64,000 nucleotides of DNA from Bacteroidota bacterium (GCA_027621365.1 JAQCBH010000003.1:65737-129736), one strand, 5' to 3'. Shown: positions 9,477-19,932, counted from the first letter of the stretch. Notes: generated by a model not told the origin, from the sequence alone. Made by a program: numbers and translations.

Positions 9477-10700
9477 TCAACTGCGTCGGTTGGCCAGCAG
9501 CAGGGGTGGAGAGCCGTCAAAGGGATTGTCTCCTCGGCCTATGCTTTTGGCGTCCATGCCGGCTGCGCGTTTGACGGCCTGTTCTCCGTAGCGAAGGCGA
9601 ATTTTGTCCATGGCTTGGTAGAGGGATTGCAGTTCGCTTTCTTGATCAAACAAAGAGACCTGCCAGCCGCCGCCCACCAAGTCACTGAAGCGAACTCCCA
9701 CCAATCGAATGAGCATGCGCCTTTGGTACAGGGCGTCAAACAAATCCAAGGTGCAGCGAATCAGGGCTTTGTCGCTGTTCGTATAGGGTATTTTTTGTTG
9801 CCGGCTATGGGTGTTGAAGTCGCTGTATCGAATTTTTACGCTTACGCAAGCGCAGACCTTGTTCCCCTTGCGAAGTTGGAAGGCGAGGTTTTCGGCCATG
9901 GCCGTTAGTAGGTTGCGCAGCATGATCACATCAATGGTGTCTCGCTGAAAGGTGCGTTCGGTGCTGATGCTCTTGCGCTCGTGAAAAGGAATGATGGGGC
10001 GGTTGTCAATGCCTTGGGCTTTCTCCCAGAGTTCCACTCCGGGCTTTTGCATGGTTTTTAAGAGCAATTCTCGGGGCATCTCCTGCAAGGTGCGTATGTA
10101 TTGAATGCCCAGTTGGCGTAGGTTTTTGTAGGTTTCGGCTCCCACACCGGGGATCTTGCGCACGGAGAGCGGGGCGAGGAAGGGTTTTTCAAAGCCGATA
10201 TCAACCTGTCGTTGGCCCGCTGGCTTGGCTGTGCCTGTAGCAATTTTGCTGACCGTTTTGTTGGCCGATACCCCAAAGCTGATTGGTAAGCCTGTTTCTT
10301 TTTGTATGCGCTCTTTCAGGTTCATGGCCACTTTCCAGCAGCCAAAGAATCGGTCCATGCCGCTGAGGTCTATGTAGAATTCATCGATGCTGCTCTTCTC
10401 GTACAGGGGTACACTGTCGGCGATGACTTCGGTCACCAGTTGGGAATGCTGGCTGTACAAGTGGGAGTCGCCTCGTATGACGATGGCATCGGGACAGAGC
10501 AGCTTGGCTTGTTTCATCGGCATGGCGCTGTGTACCCCATAGGCCCGGGCTTCGTAACTGCAGCTGGCTACGACTCCACGATCGCTGTTGCCTCCAATGA
10601 TCAGTGGTTTGCCGACGAATGCCCGGTTTCTCAAGCGCTCTACGCTGACAAAAAAGGAGTCGAGATCCATGTGGCTGATGATGCGTTCCGGCTTGTTCAC
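9477..10700 (-). CDS. dinB: DNA polymerase IV
   Basis: HMDLDSFFVSVE, SCSYEAR, SIDEFYID Y-family motifs. Start set at GTG 10700. Confidence 0.95.
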   Translation of the reverse strand: MNKPERIISHMDLDSFFVSVERLRNRAFVGKPLIIGGNSDRGVVASCSYEARAYGVHSAMPMKQAKLLCPDAIVIRGDSHLYSQHSQLVTEVIADSVPLYEKSSIDEFYIDLSGMDRFFGCWKVAMNLKERIQKETGLPISFGVSANKTVSKIATGTAKPAGQRQVDIGFEKPFLAPLSVRKIPGVGAETYKNLRQLGIQYIRTLQEMPRELLLKTMQKPGVELWEKAQGIDNRPIIPFHERKSISTERTFQRDTIDVIMLRNLLTAMAENLAFQLRKGNKVCACVSVKIRYSDFNTHSRQQKIPYTNSDKALIRCTLDLFDALYQRRMLIRLVGVRFSDLVGGGWQVSLFDQESELQSLYQAMDKIRLRYGEQAVKRAAGMDAKSIGRGDNPFDGSPPLLLANRRS

Positions 10701-10721
10701 GGTAAAATTGTTAAGAAATTT

Positions 10722-10764
10722 GACAATTAATTGTCTGTAAAATAGACAAAATAGAAGACAAAAT
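10722..10764. promoter_or_regulatory. Candidate operator upstream of dinB
   Basis: Perfect palindrome GACAATTAATTGTC (10722-10735) plus AGACAAAAT direct repeats (10744-10752, 10756-10764). Confidence 0.5.
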
Positions 10765-10818
10765 GAAGCGTGATGAAAATAGGCCAATGCCCTTTTTTTC
10801 AATCCTGTAGGTGACGCT

Positions 10819-11418
10819 TTAAAACAGGGTTTGCTGCAAGGGCAGCAATTGGAACGATTTGCGGTGCCATTCGCAGGGTCCCTGTTCCCGAATGGCTTGT
10901 CGGTGTTCAGCCGTGGGGTATCCCATGTTTTTGTCCCAGCGGTAATGGGGGAAGGAAGCATGCCCAATGAACATGCGCTCATCCCTGTGAGTCTTGGCCA
11001 AAATGGAGGCAGCTGCTATGTTCAAAAATCGGCCGTCTCCTTTGACCTCCGTTTTAAAGGGAATTTGGCCAAAGGGTTTGAATCGATTGCCGTCTACAGC
11101 GATGAATTCAGGAGCCAGTTTCAATTGAGCTAGGGCGCGGTGCATGGCCTCGATAGAGGCCCACAAAATGTTCAACTTGTCGATTTCTGCAGGGCTGCAT
11201 TCGGCTACCGCCCAAGCCAAAGCTTCTTGCTCGATGATGGGGCGCAGGACTTCTCTTTTCTTTTGGCTCAGTTGTTTGGAATCATTGAGCCAGGGGTGAT
11301 GGAAATCGGCGGGCAGTATGACCGCCGCTGCCGTCACGGGCCCTGCCAAGCAGCCGCGGCCTGCTTCGTCGCATCCGGCTTCCAAACCAAGGCCACTGAC
11401 AGTTCGCAACAAGGTCAT
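10819..11418 (-). CDS. rnhB: Ribonuclease HII
   Basis: GCDEAGRGCLAGPV, LNDSKQL, AAASILAK. Start at ATG 11418 overlaps the upstream stop (ATGA). Confidence 0.96.
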   Translation of the reverse strand: MTLLRTVSGLGLEAGCDEAGRGCLAGPVTAAAVILPADFHHPWLNDSKQLSQKKREVLRPIIEQEALAWAVAECSPAEIDKLNILWASIEAMHRALAQLKLAPEFIAVDGNRFKPFGQIPFKTEVKGDGRFLNIAAASILAKTHRDERMFIGHASFPHYRWDKNMGYPTAEHRQAIREQGPCEWHRKSFQLLPLQQTLF

Positions 11419-12182
11419 GAAAAAGACAAAACGGATCCTAATGTGTATTTGATGGCCACCTCCACGCTTTGCCAAAAGCAAAGGCTGAGGCCCTTCCATC
11501 CGTAGGCCCAACCGCCTTTCAACAGGTAATTGCGAACAAATCGAGCGGGTGGAGAAACCAAGGCTTTGATCAGATTCAAGCCCCAAAAATGGCGGCCTGC
11601 TTCCTGAGCACCGATGCGTCCAAATTTCAAGGCTTGACGACGGGCCTCCTTTAAGTTGGCATACGTGAAGTGCAACAAATCACCCTCCAAATGGTCTACG
11701 CGCAGGGCTTGCTCTGTGCCGCGTCCCATTTCTATGCGGTCGTGAGGATTTTCCCCTCCCCAAACAGCCGCGCCTCGCTTCCATAGGCGAATTTTTCGGT
11801 CTGGATACCAACCGCAACCCTTGATGGGGGTGTCGCCCAAATGGTTCAATCGGTTCATGGAAAAGCCGTAGGCCGGGAAGCCTTCGGCTTTGGCCTGGGC
11901 GATGCTATCTCTCAATGCTGGACTGAGTGCTTCGTCGGCGTCCAAACTCAAAATGTACTCGCCTTGGCTCTGTTGCCAAGCCCAGTTTTTTTGGTCGATG
12001 TGGCTAGTGAAGGGCCTAGGTACTACTCGTGCACCGGCTTGTTCAGCCAAACGCACAGTATCGTCTTTGGAACCACTGTCTACTACCAATACTTCATCAG
12101 CAAGCCCAGCGACTGAAGCGATGCAGGCTTCAATTCGTTCGGCTTCGTTGAAAGCGATGATGACCAGCGATAGGGTAGGCAT
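11415..12182 (-). CDS. Glycosyltransferase family 2 (WaaE/KdtX-like)
   Basis: IIAFNEA, VVDSGSKDDT, LSLDADE, WYPDRKIRL. Confidence 0.9.
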   Translation of the reverse strand: MPTLSLVIIAFNEAERIEACIASVAGLADEVLVVDSGSKDDTVRLAEQAGARVVPRPFTSHIDQKNWAWQQSQGEYILSLDADEALSPALRDSIAQAKAEGFPAYGFSMNRLNHLGDTPIKGCGWYPDRKIRLWKRGAAVWGGENPHDRIEMGRGTEQALRVDHLEGDLLHFTYANLKEARRQALKFGRIGAQEAGRHFWGLNLIKALVSPPARFVRNYLLKGGWAYGWKGLSLCFWQSVEVAIKYTLGSVLSFS

Positions 12183-12203
12183 ACCCTTGCGAAGATAGCC
12201 GAA

Positions 12204-13631
12204 TTAGTGGCCACCGCCTTCTACGGCGCTGACTTCAAGACCTTGCTCTTTGAACATCTTTCCAACGCGCCATGCGTAGAAGGCCAAGTAGGCAAAGCAT
12301 ATCACGCCGACCCAGTAGCTATTCTTAATGCCCAATGAATCAGGGCTAGCCAACAAGCCTTGGGCTACAGAGACGAATCCGCCGCCCATGATCATCATCA
12401 CCAAGAGGTTGGCCCCCTGAGAGGTTTGTGAACCCAATCCGGTAATGGCCAAGGTGAAAATACAGGGCCACAAGGTGGAGCAGAACAAGCCGACCGATAC
12501 AAAAGCCATCACGGAACTCATTCCTGAGTCTGACATGCCGTAAACCAAAGCACCAATGCCCAGGAGGCTGTACAAAAGGAGCTGGCGAGAGGGATTGCCT
12601 TTGGAAAGGAAATCGGCAATGACCAAGAGGGCAACCACTGACAAATACGAATAGAAAGAAGATACTTCATGGCCCATTTTGCTGTTGACGGCCAAGAACA
12701 AGCCGAAGGCGGCCAAGGGTAAAATCAAGCGCATGGCTTCGCGTTTGACGCCGCTCAAGCCCAAAGCTCCAGAAGCCGATGTCCAACGACCGATCATCAA
12801 ACTGGCCCAGAACAAGGAAATGTAGGGGGCAATGTTTTTGGTTTCCAGGCCCACTTCTTGTTTCATGAGTTCAGGCAAATTGCTAGCGGTAGAAACTTCG
12901 ACACCCACGTAAACGAAAATGGCGATCATACCCATCCACAACTGGGGGTAAGACAAGGCTTTTTTATCGCTGCTTGAAGCTTCGCTGGCTCCGGCTGATT
13001 CGGTTTCGACTTTCAAATTCCAGAACACGAAAGCGAACAACAAAAACAAGGCGCCCAAGGCCAAATAGGGAAGCTTGACATCGCTGACATCCAAGATTCT
13101 ATCGGTTTCTGATCCCGTCATGGGCCCGAAAATGGCATAGCTCACGAGCAAAGGACCTACTGTGGTACCCACGTTGTTGATGGCTCCGGCCAAGCTCAAG
13201 CGTTGGCTACCCGTGCTAGCAGGCCCAAGGGCAATGGCCAAGGGGTTGGCCGCTGTTTGTTGCAAGGAGAAACCCAAACCTACGACCATTAATCCGCCGA
13301 GAAGCATGGGGAAACTGGCGCTATTGGCCGCTGGAATGAACAACAAGGTGCCGAGAGCCGATAAGCCCAAGCCAGCCGCAATTCCCTTTCCATATCCGTA
13401 TTTTACAATGGGGTCGATTCCCATGATTCGTGAAACACCCAGATAGAGCAAAGACCCGACAGTGTAAGCTACGTAGAACACGAACGCAATCATTTGGCTT
13501 TGGGCCTGAGTGAGGTCCAGTTTTTCTTTGAAAACGGGAATGAGAATGTCGTTTGAAGCGGCTACAAAGCCCCAAAAAAAGAAAACGCTAACCAATATGG
13601 CAAAGGCTCGAGTGTAGTTCTTGTTGTTCAT
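12204..13631 (-). CDS. MFS sugar transporter, glucose/galactose or fucose permease (GluP/FucP) family
   Basis: FFFWGF..ASNDILIP, QQTAANP, YVGVEV motifs. Confidence 0.88.
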   Translation of the reverse strand: MNNKNYTRAFAILVSVFFFWGFVAASNDILIPVFKEKLDLTQAQSQMIAFVFYVAYTVGSLLYLGVSRIMGIDPIVKYGYGKGIAAGLGLSALGTLLFIPAANSASFPMLLGGLMVVGLGFSLQQTAANPLAIALGPASTGSQRLSLAGAINNVGTTVGPLLVSYAIFGPMTGSETDRILDVSDVKLPYLALGALFLLFAFVFWNLKVETESAGASEASSSDKKALSYPQLWMGMIAIFVYVGVEVSTASNLPELMKQEVGLETKNIAPYISLFWASLMIGRWTSASGALGLSGVKREAMRLILPLAAFGLFLAVNSKMGHEVSSFYSYLSVVALLVIADFLSKGNPSRQLLLYSLLGIGALVYGMSDSGMSSVMAFVSVGLFCSTLWPCIFTLAITGLGSQTSQGANLLVMMIMGGGFVSVAQGLLASPDSLGIKNSYWVGVICFAYLAFYAWRVGKMFKEQGLEVSAVEGGGH

Positions 13632-13697
13632 ACAATATCGTTAATCCTCAAATATAGGATTTCACAGGAACAATCATAAGCGCTTATTTTCGTTCCC

Positions 13698-14849
13698 ATG
13701 ACCTCTTTGGCGAATAGCAAGTTGGCAGGGTTCGGTGAATCGATATTCAGCATCATGTCTCGAATGGCTCAACAATTCGGAGCGATCAACCTGTCTCAGG
13801 GCTTTCCCGAATTCGATCCTCCCCAGGCCTTGTTGGATGCAGTGAACCAAGCCCTTCAATCGGGGTACAACCAATATGCACCCATGCCCGGTTATTTGCC
13901 TTTGAAGCAAATGCTGGCCCAGCGTTGCCAAAAAGAATTGGGCTACAGCCTTGATCCCGAAACCGAAATCACCGTGGTTCCTGGAGCAACGGCAGGGATT
14001 TATTGTGCTGTTCAAGCCTTGGTACACCCTGGAGATGAAGTAATCATCATTGAACCTGCCTATGATTGCTATGCCCCTGCCGTCATCATGGCCGGAGGAA
14101 CCGTGAAAAGCGTGGCCATGAATCCACAAACGGGAGAGATTCCCTGGGACAAGGTGCGCCAATTGGTCAATCGCCATTCTCGCATGTTGATGGTCAATAC
14201 CCCTCACAATCCGACGGGTTGGGTGCTGAGCGAAAACGATTGGCTGGAAATTGAAGCCATTGTCGAAACAGGAGATTTGATCTTGCTGAGCGATGAAGTG
14301 TACGAATACATGGTGTTTGATGGGTTGAGTCACCGTTCTGCGGCTTCTAGGCCCGCATTGAAAGATCGCTCTGTTCGTCTGAGCTCTTTTGGGAAAACCT
14401 ATCATGCCACCGGATGGAAAATGGGGTGCATCTCAGCTCCCTCTGTGCTGACTCAGCGCATTCGAGAGGTTTTTCAGTTCATGGCTTTTTCTTCCAATAT
14501 GCCTCAGCAGGTAGGATTGGCTGCCTTCATGCAGAGCCACCCCGACCACGAGGCAGAAGTGGCTGCCCTGTATCAGCAAAAGCGGGATCTCCTGGCCTCG
14601 GCCTTGGCAGAAAGTCGTTTTCAGGTCTTGCCTTGCCAAGGATCCTATTTTCAATTGGTTGACTACTCTGAGGTTTCGTCCAAATTCGACCGCGAATTCG
14701 CGGAAGAACTGGTACATACGGCTGGTGTGGCCAGCATTCCCTTGTCTCCTTTTTTCACTCAAGCGACAGAGTCAAAACTGCTGCGATTGTGCTTTGCCAA
14801 AAAGGAAAGTACCTTGCTCCAAGCCGCCGAACGCCTATGCAAGATTTAA
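13698..14849 (+). CDS. PLP-dependent class I aminotransferase (methionine aminotransferase YbdL-like)
   Basis: AINLSQGFP, NQYAPMPG, NTPHNPTG, SDEVYE, SFGKTYHATGWK. Confidence 0.92.
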   Translation: MTSLANSKLAGFGESIFSIMSRMAQQFGAINLSQGFPEFDPPQALLDAVNQALQSGYNQYAPMPGYLPLKQMLAQRCQKELGYSLDPETEITVVPGATAGIYCAVQALVHPGDEVIIIEPAYDCYAPAVIMAGGTVKSVAMNPQTGEIPWDKVRQLVNRHSRMLMVNTPHNPTGWVLSENDWLEIEAIVETGDLILLSDEVYEYMVFDGLSHRSAASRPALKDRSVRLSSFGKTYHATGWKMGCISAPSVLTQRIREVFQFMAFSSNMPQQVGLAAFMQSHPDHEAEVAALYQQKRDLLASALAESRFQVLPCQGSYFQLVDYSEVSSKFDREFAEELVHTAGVASIPLSPFFTQATESKLLRLCFAKKESTLLQAAERLCKI

Positions 14850-15601
14850 CCGTTGTTTTGATTCAGCCCGACCTGGTTTGGGAGTCTCCTCAAGCCAACC
14901 TCGAGCAATTTGATCGTTTGTTGGATTCGGTGGGAGATTGTGATCTTGTGGTTCTGCCCGAAATGTTTGCTACTGGGTTTAGCATGAACCCCCAATCGGT
15001 GGCTGTATCCATGCATAGCGATACCCTTGGTTGGATGTTGAATCACAGCCACCGTTTCGCCCTTTGCGGATCGTTGGCCATAGAAGAAGATGGTCAGTAT
15101 TTCAATCGATTTTTGTTTGCTCATAAAGGTCAAATTTTGGCCCGATACGACAAGCGACATTTGTTCGCCTATGCCAAAGAGGATCAGCATTATCAGGCAG
15201 GTAATCAAGTCAGTCAAATTGAATTCAAGGGATGGAGCATCGCCCCATTTGTCTGTTACGATCTGCGGTTCCCCGTTTGGATTCGCCAAACAGCCGGGGT
15301 GGATTTGATGCTGTTTGTGGCCAATTGGCCATCCAAAAGACAATGGGCCTGGAACAGCCTCTTGACCGCAAGGGCCATTGAAAACCAATGCTATGTCTTG
15401 GCCTCAAACCGAGTAGGTGTCGATGGCAATGGTATAGACTACCAAGGGGATTCTCAAGCCATCAACATGGCTGGCGAAAACCTGGCCTCGCTGAGGGGTG
15501 AAAGTGGGGTCATCAGGGTAAAACTAATCAAAGAAGAGTTGCAAGCCTTTCGTGCACAGTTTCCTTTTCTGGATGATCGAGACTCCTTTGAAGGAATTTG
15601 A
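14837..15601 (+). CDS. Nitrilase-family amidohydrolase (omega-amidase YafV-like)
   Basis: LPEMF, YDKRHLF, CYDLRFP (E-K-C triad); paired with a YbdL-like aminotransferase. Confidence 0.9.
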   Translation: MQDLTVVLIQPDLVWESPQANLEQFDRLLDSVGDCDLVVLPEMFATGFSMNPQSVAVSMHSDTLGWMLNHSHRFALCGSLAIEEDGQYFNRFLFAHKGQILARYDKRHLFAYAKEDQHYQAGNQVSQIEFKGWSIAPFVCYDLRFPVWIRQTAGVDLMLFVANWPSKRQWAWNSLLTARAIENQCYVLASNRVGVDGNGIDYQGDSQAINMAGENLASLRGESGVIRVKLIKEELQAFRAQFPFLDDRDSFEGI

Positions 15602-15648
15602 TGGATTCGTCAACTGTTTCTTCATGAGGCAGAACTATCTTTGCAGCC

Positions 15649-16762
15649 GTGAACGCTGAACAGCATAAAGATATAAGAGGCCGTGTTGAGGCTTTGAGGA
15701 GGTATCTTTGACGTCGCTCGCAAGAAAGCCGAGATAGCTGACGAAGAAGAGCAAACCCTGGATCCCAATTTTTGGAATGATCCCAAAAAAGCAGAAGCTC
15801 ATCTGCGCAAGATCAAAGACAAAAAAGTTTGGACCGATGCCTACGACGGGTTGGAAAACTTGTTGGGCGACCTAGACGTATTGGTGGAATTCAAGGAGGC
15901 CGGTGAAGCGAGCGATGCCGAAGTGGAAGAAACCTTCCAGGCTTTGGTCGAAGCGACCGAAGACTTGGAGTTCAAAAACATGCTCCAAGGCGAAGAAGAT
16001 GCCTTGAGTTGTGTGGTGGAAATCAACGCAGGAGCCGGTGGTACCGAAAGTTGCGACTGGGCTGAAATGCTCATGCGCATGTACTTGATGTTCGGGGAGA
16101 AAAACGGATTCAAGGTTCGCGAACTCGACAGAACCGATGGGGAAGTAGCAGGTATCAAGAGCGTGTCTCTTGAGTTCGATGGCTCCTTTGCCTTTGGTTA
16201 CCTGAAAGGTGAAAATGGCGTGCATCGCATGGTGCGTATATCACCCTTTGACTCCAATGCTCGCCGTCATACTTCGTTTGTCAGTGTTTATGTGTACCCC
16301 ATGGTCGATGACAGCATTGAGATTGATCTCAAACCCGCTGATATCGATTTTCATACATCGCGAAGCGGTGGAGCCGGTGGTCAGAACGTGAACAAGGTAG
16401 AAACCAAGGTTCAGTTGACCCACATTCCAACGGGTATCGTCGTGGTTTGTCAAATTGAACGAAGCCAGCTAGCCAACCGAGAATTGGCTATGCAAATGCT
16501 GCGTTCTCGTTTGTACGAGATGGAAATTCAAAAGCGCAATGCGGCTCGTCAAGAGATTGAAGACTCCAAGATGAAAATCGAGTGGGGCTCTCAAATTCGC
16601 AACTACGTATTCCATCCTTACAAACTGGTCAAAGACGTCCGAACCGCTCAGGAAACCTCCAACATCACGAACGTGATGGATGGCGATTTGTGGCCCTTCA
16701 TCAAAGCCTATTTGTTGGGCTTGAAGAACGGGTTCAAAAAAGGGGTTAGCCTAGACGATTAA
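15649..16762 (+). CDS. prfB: Peptide chain release factor 2 with programmed +1 frameshift at CTT TGA C
   Basis: GTG 15649 opens 20 codons ending CTT (15706-15708) TGA. The +1 frame (GAC at 15710) is open into ORF 15851..16762, which has SPF and GGQ motifs. AGGAGG at 15697-15702. Confidence 0.97.
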
Positions 16763-18054
16763 GGCTTTAGGGCCTTGGCATAGGTTTCCAAGCATCGTTG
16801 GCGGGCAAAACTGTGCTCGACAATGGGCTTGGGATAACTGGGGCTGTCGTATTCGGGAACCCAGCGGCGCACATAGGCCAGCTGTTTGTCGAATTTTTCC
16901 AGTTGCAGTTGAGGGTTGAAAACCCGGAAATAAGGAGCGGCATCTACTCCTGAGCCAGCAGCCCATTGCCATCCGCCGTTGTTGGATGACAATTCAAAGT
17001 CCAGCAATTTTTCGGCAAAGTAGGCCTCGCCCCAGCGCCAATCGATGAGCAAATGTTTGGTGAGAAATGAAGCCACGACCATGCGCACTCGATTGTGCAT
17101 GTGGCCACTTCGGTTCAATTCACGCATGCCGGCATCGACCAACGGATATCCCGTTTTGCCTTTCTTCCAAGCTTCAAACTCTTCGGGGTTGTTTCGCCAC
17201 TCAATTCGGTCGTATTCGGGTTTGAATGACTGCTGGGTCACTCTTGGGAAATGGGCAAGAATGGACATGTAAAACTCGCGCCAAATCAGCTCAGTGGCGA
17301 ACTTGGCGTTGACTTGAAGGGCTTTGGCCATTTTCTCCCGAGGTGACACTGTTCCGAATCGAAGATGAACGCTGAGCCTTGAAGTTCCCTCAATGGACGG
17401 GAAGTTTCTCGTTTTGTCGTAGTTCATGATACGGCTTTTGGGAACTTCAGGACTGGGGAAGTTCATTCCAGAGGGCTGAAAACCCAATGATTCCAGGCTA
17501 GGCATGGGGTAGGAGGAGGAGATCAAGCCGTCCAAATGCTGTTCTGAGGGGAAGTAGGGTATGCCTCCTTTTTGCTCCAATCGCTCCTTCCATTTTCTGC
17601 TGTAGGGAGTAAAAACCGTGTACGGACTGCCGTTGTCTTTCAAAACCTCATGAGGTTCCATGGTGACTTGGTCGGCGAAATCGTGCCAAGACACACCCTT
17701 TGATTCTGCCCATGCTTTGATGCGCTGGTCTCGTTCTTTGGCATACGGTTCGTAATCGCGGTTGCAGAAAATGGCCGATGGGGCCTTGTCCGAATGAATG
17801 CGCTCCCAAACGTCTTCTACCTTTCCGTGCTCGATCCGAATCGAACTGCCCAAGGGTTGAATGGAGAGGTTCATTTTTTGCAGCTGCTGAAACAAAAAAT
17901 CAACCCTGGCATCTTTTTCTGGCAATTCATGGAGAATTTCAGTGTCAAAGATGAATAACAGCTGTACAGGTTTCCCTGTTTGTAGGGCTTGGTACAAGGC
18001 GTGATGGTCATTCAGGCGCAAGTCTCTGCGCAACCAAACTATGCTATAGCTCAT
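16759..18054 (-). CDS. phrB: Deoxyribodipyrimidine (CPD class I/III-like) photolyase
   Basis: [48 protein letters not shown]. Start set at MSYSI. Confidence 0.93.
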   Translation of the reverse strand: MSYSIVWLRRDLRLNDHHALYQALQTGKPVQLLFIFDTEILHELPEKDARVDFLFQQLQKMNLSIQPLGSSIRIEHGKVEDVWERIHSDKAPSAIFCNRDYEPYAKERDQRIKAWAESKGVSWHDFADQVTMEPHEVLKDNGSPYTVFTPYSRKWKERLEQKGGIPYFPSEQHLDGLISSSYPMPSLESLGFQPSGMNFPSPEVPKSRIMNYDKTRNFPSIEGTSRLSVHLRFGTVSPREKMAKALQVNAKFATELIWREFYMSILAHFPRVTQQSFKPEYDRIEWRNNPEEFEAWKKGKTGYPLVDAGMRELNRSGHMHNRVRMVVASFLTKHLLIDWRWGEAYFAEKLLDFELSSNNGGWQWAAGSGVDAAPYFRVFNPQLQLEKFDKQLAYVRRWVPEYDSPSYPKPIVEHSFARQRCLETYAKALKP

Positions 18055-18958
18055 GGTGGGTGTGTAAGTGGTGTAGGGCCTGTTTGATCTGAGGAAATTC
18101 AAATGAGAATAGGGCCTTTTTTAGACGATCGGCAGAAACGGTTTGGTTGGTCAAAGCTAGGCAGCTCTGTTCTCCCAACAGGGCCTTCAATGCAAAGACA
18201 GGTATGTTGGGCTTCCATTTCCAAGGAGCTTTGCTTTTGAGGTTGAGTAATTCTTGCGCGAACGTTCCTTGTGAACAGGGCTTGGGGGCTACCGCGTTGT
18301 AAATGCCAGGAGCCAATTCACCTTCAACAGCGGCTATGTAAAGGGATACCAAATCTTCGATGTGGATCCAACTCCATGTATTATGTGTAGAGCCTGTCAT
18401 GGGCACGAATCCCCAAGGGGCCGTTGATTGAACCAAAGGCAATAGGCCTCCTCTGTTGCTCAAAACCAGGCCAGTGCGTAAAATACATATGGGATGCCCA
18501 CTCTTTAGGCTTGGAATGAAAGGAGCCTCCCAGTCTTGGCAAACCTGAGCAAAGAAGCCTTGGCCAGGAGAATGATCTTCATCCAATGTCTCTTGGCTAG
18601 GGTCAGGATAGTACCCAATTCCCGATGCACTGACCACCCTAGCCTGCGAATTGATCTCTTTGAGGGAATCGGCAAGTAATTGACTGCCAATGCTTCTGCT
18701 TCGATGAATTCGGATTTTGGTCTTTGCTGTCCATCGTTGGGCTATACTGGATCCTGCCAAATGAATGACAGCATCTGCTCCTTGAAGAGCCTCAATGTCA
18801 ATTTTTTGATTTTCTGGGTTCCAAATAAAATCTTTTTTATCACTTTGGTTGTTAACTCTCCTAAATGACAGAAATCTAAGGGAATGGCCTCTCTGCAACA
18901 AGCGCTGTTGCAAGCGCGAGCCAATCAAACCTGAAGAACCTGTAATTGTGATAATCAT
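18044..18958 (-). CDS. TIGR01777-family NAD-dependent epimerase/oxidoreductase
   Basis: ITGSSGLIG, VIHLAG, SASGIGYY, WSWIHIEDL. Confidence 0.88.
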   Translation of the reverse strand: MIITITGSSGLIGSRLQQRLLQRGHSLRFLSFRRVNNQSDKKDFIWNPENQKIDIEALQGADAVIHLAGSSIAQRWTAKTKIRIHRSRSIGSQLLADSLKEINSQARVVSASGIGYYPDPSQETLDEDHSPGQGFFAQVCQDWEAPFIPSLKSGHPICILRTGLVLSNRGGLLPLVQSTAPWGFVPMTGSTHNTWSWIHIEDLVSLYIAAVEGELAPGIYNAVAPKPCSQGTFAQELLNLKSKAPWKWKPNIPVFALKALLGEQSCLALTNQTVSADRLKKALFSFEFPQIKQALHHLHTHHEL

Positions 18959-18966
18959 TGTCAAAG

Positions 18967-19932
18967 ATGTTTGAAGAAACTCGGGGAAATAACAAGCCCA
19001 AGACGTCCATTGAAAACAAACGAAAGTCGAAAAAAGATTTTCGTGACAAGTATTTCATTAAGGACATCGAAAGCCTGACCGGAATTCGTGCTTACACCTT
19101 ACGCATTTGGGAACAGCGCTATGAGTTGTTGGTCCCAAAGCGAACCGATACGAACATTCGTTTTTACGAAGAAGACGATCTCAAATACTTGATGAACATA
19201 GCTTTGTTGAACCAACATGGTTATAAGATCAGCCGCATTGCCGGTATGAGTCGAGATGAGGTTCAGCGTCATACCTTGTTTTTGTCGGAGAACTCCAGTT
19301 CCAACCAAAGCCAAATTCAAGGTTTGACCCAAGCCATGATGAACTTTGAGGAACGCGAATTTACCAAAATCCTGACCTTTCACATCATGAAATCAGGAAT
19401 GGAAGATACCATGATGAACATAGTTTTTCCGTTCTTGAAGCACGTGGGAGTATTGTGGTTGAGTGGCAGCATTCACGTCGCACATGAGCACTTTATCACC
19501 AATTTGGTGAAACAAAGGTTGTACGCTTCTATTGATCAGTTGGCCGTTCTGCCCAGTGCCCGCGCAAAGAAATTCTTGCTCTTTTTGCCTAGCAATGAAA
19601 AACATGAATTACCCTTGTTGTTTGCCAATTACATGCTTCGTTCTCGCAGGCATCAAGTGGTTTATTTGGGTAGCTCTGTTATGATTGAAGATCTCTACCA
19701 GATCTACAAATTGCACGAACCTGATGCCGTTTTCACGGCGTTGACTACCACCAATCCCAAAGTGCCAGTTGAAGTCTTCGTGCAAACCTTGGTGCGTAAT
19801 TTCCCAGCTACCGACATTGTTCTCACGGGAAGTCAGGTACTCATGTCGAGAGATTTGAAACCTCATGACCAAGTTCATATTTTGTCCGATCCCCAAGACT
19901 TCATAGATCTGTTGGATTCTCGCTGGTCTTAA
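18967..19932 (+). CDS. MerR-family regulator with B12-binding domain (CarH/LitR-like)
   Basis: MerR HTH (IKDIESLTGIRAYTLRIWEQRY), W-x9-EH (WLSGSIHVAHEH), ExH (EKHELP), YLG. Start position uncertain. Confidence 0.85.
   Translation: MFEETRGNNKPKTSIENKRKSKKDFRDKYFIKDIESLTGIRAYTLRIWEQRYELLVPKRTDTNIRFYEEDDLKYLMNIALLNQHGYKISRIAGMSRDEVQRHTLFLSENSSSNQSQIQGLTQAMMNFEEREFTKILTFHIMKSGMEDTMMNIVFPFLKHVGVLWLSGSIHVAHEHFITNLVKQRLYASIDQLAVLPSARAKKFLLFLPSNEKHELPLLFANYMLRSRRHQVVYLGSSVMIEDLYQIYKLHEPDAVFTALTTTNPKVPVEVFVQTLVRNFPATDIVLTGSQVLMSRDLKPHDQVHILSDPQDFIDLLDSRWS

Noticed and set aside
15649..15851. prfB as a pseudogene or truncated gene
   Set aside because: The in-frame stop is the canonical programmed frameshift site.
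18941..18975. TGT/ATTGT repeats as a CarH operator
   Set aside because: Spacing is irregular (6, 12 and 9 nt) rather than a clean 11-bp periodicity, so it is not supportable by eye.
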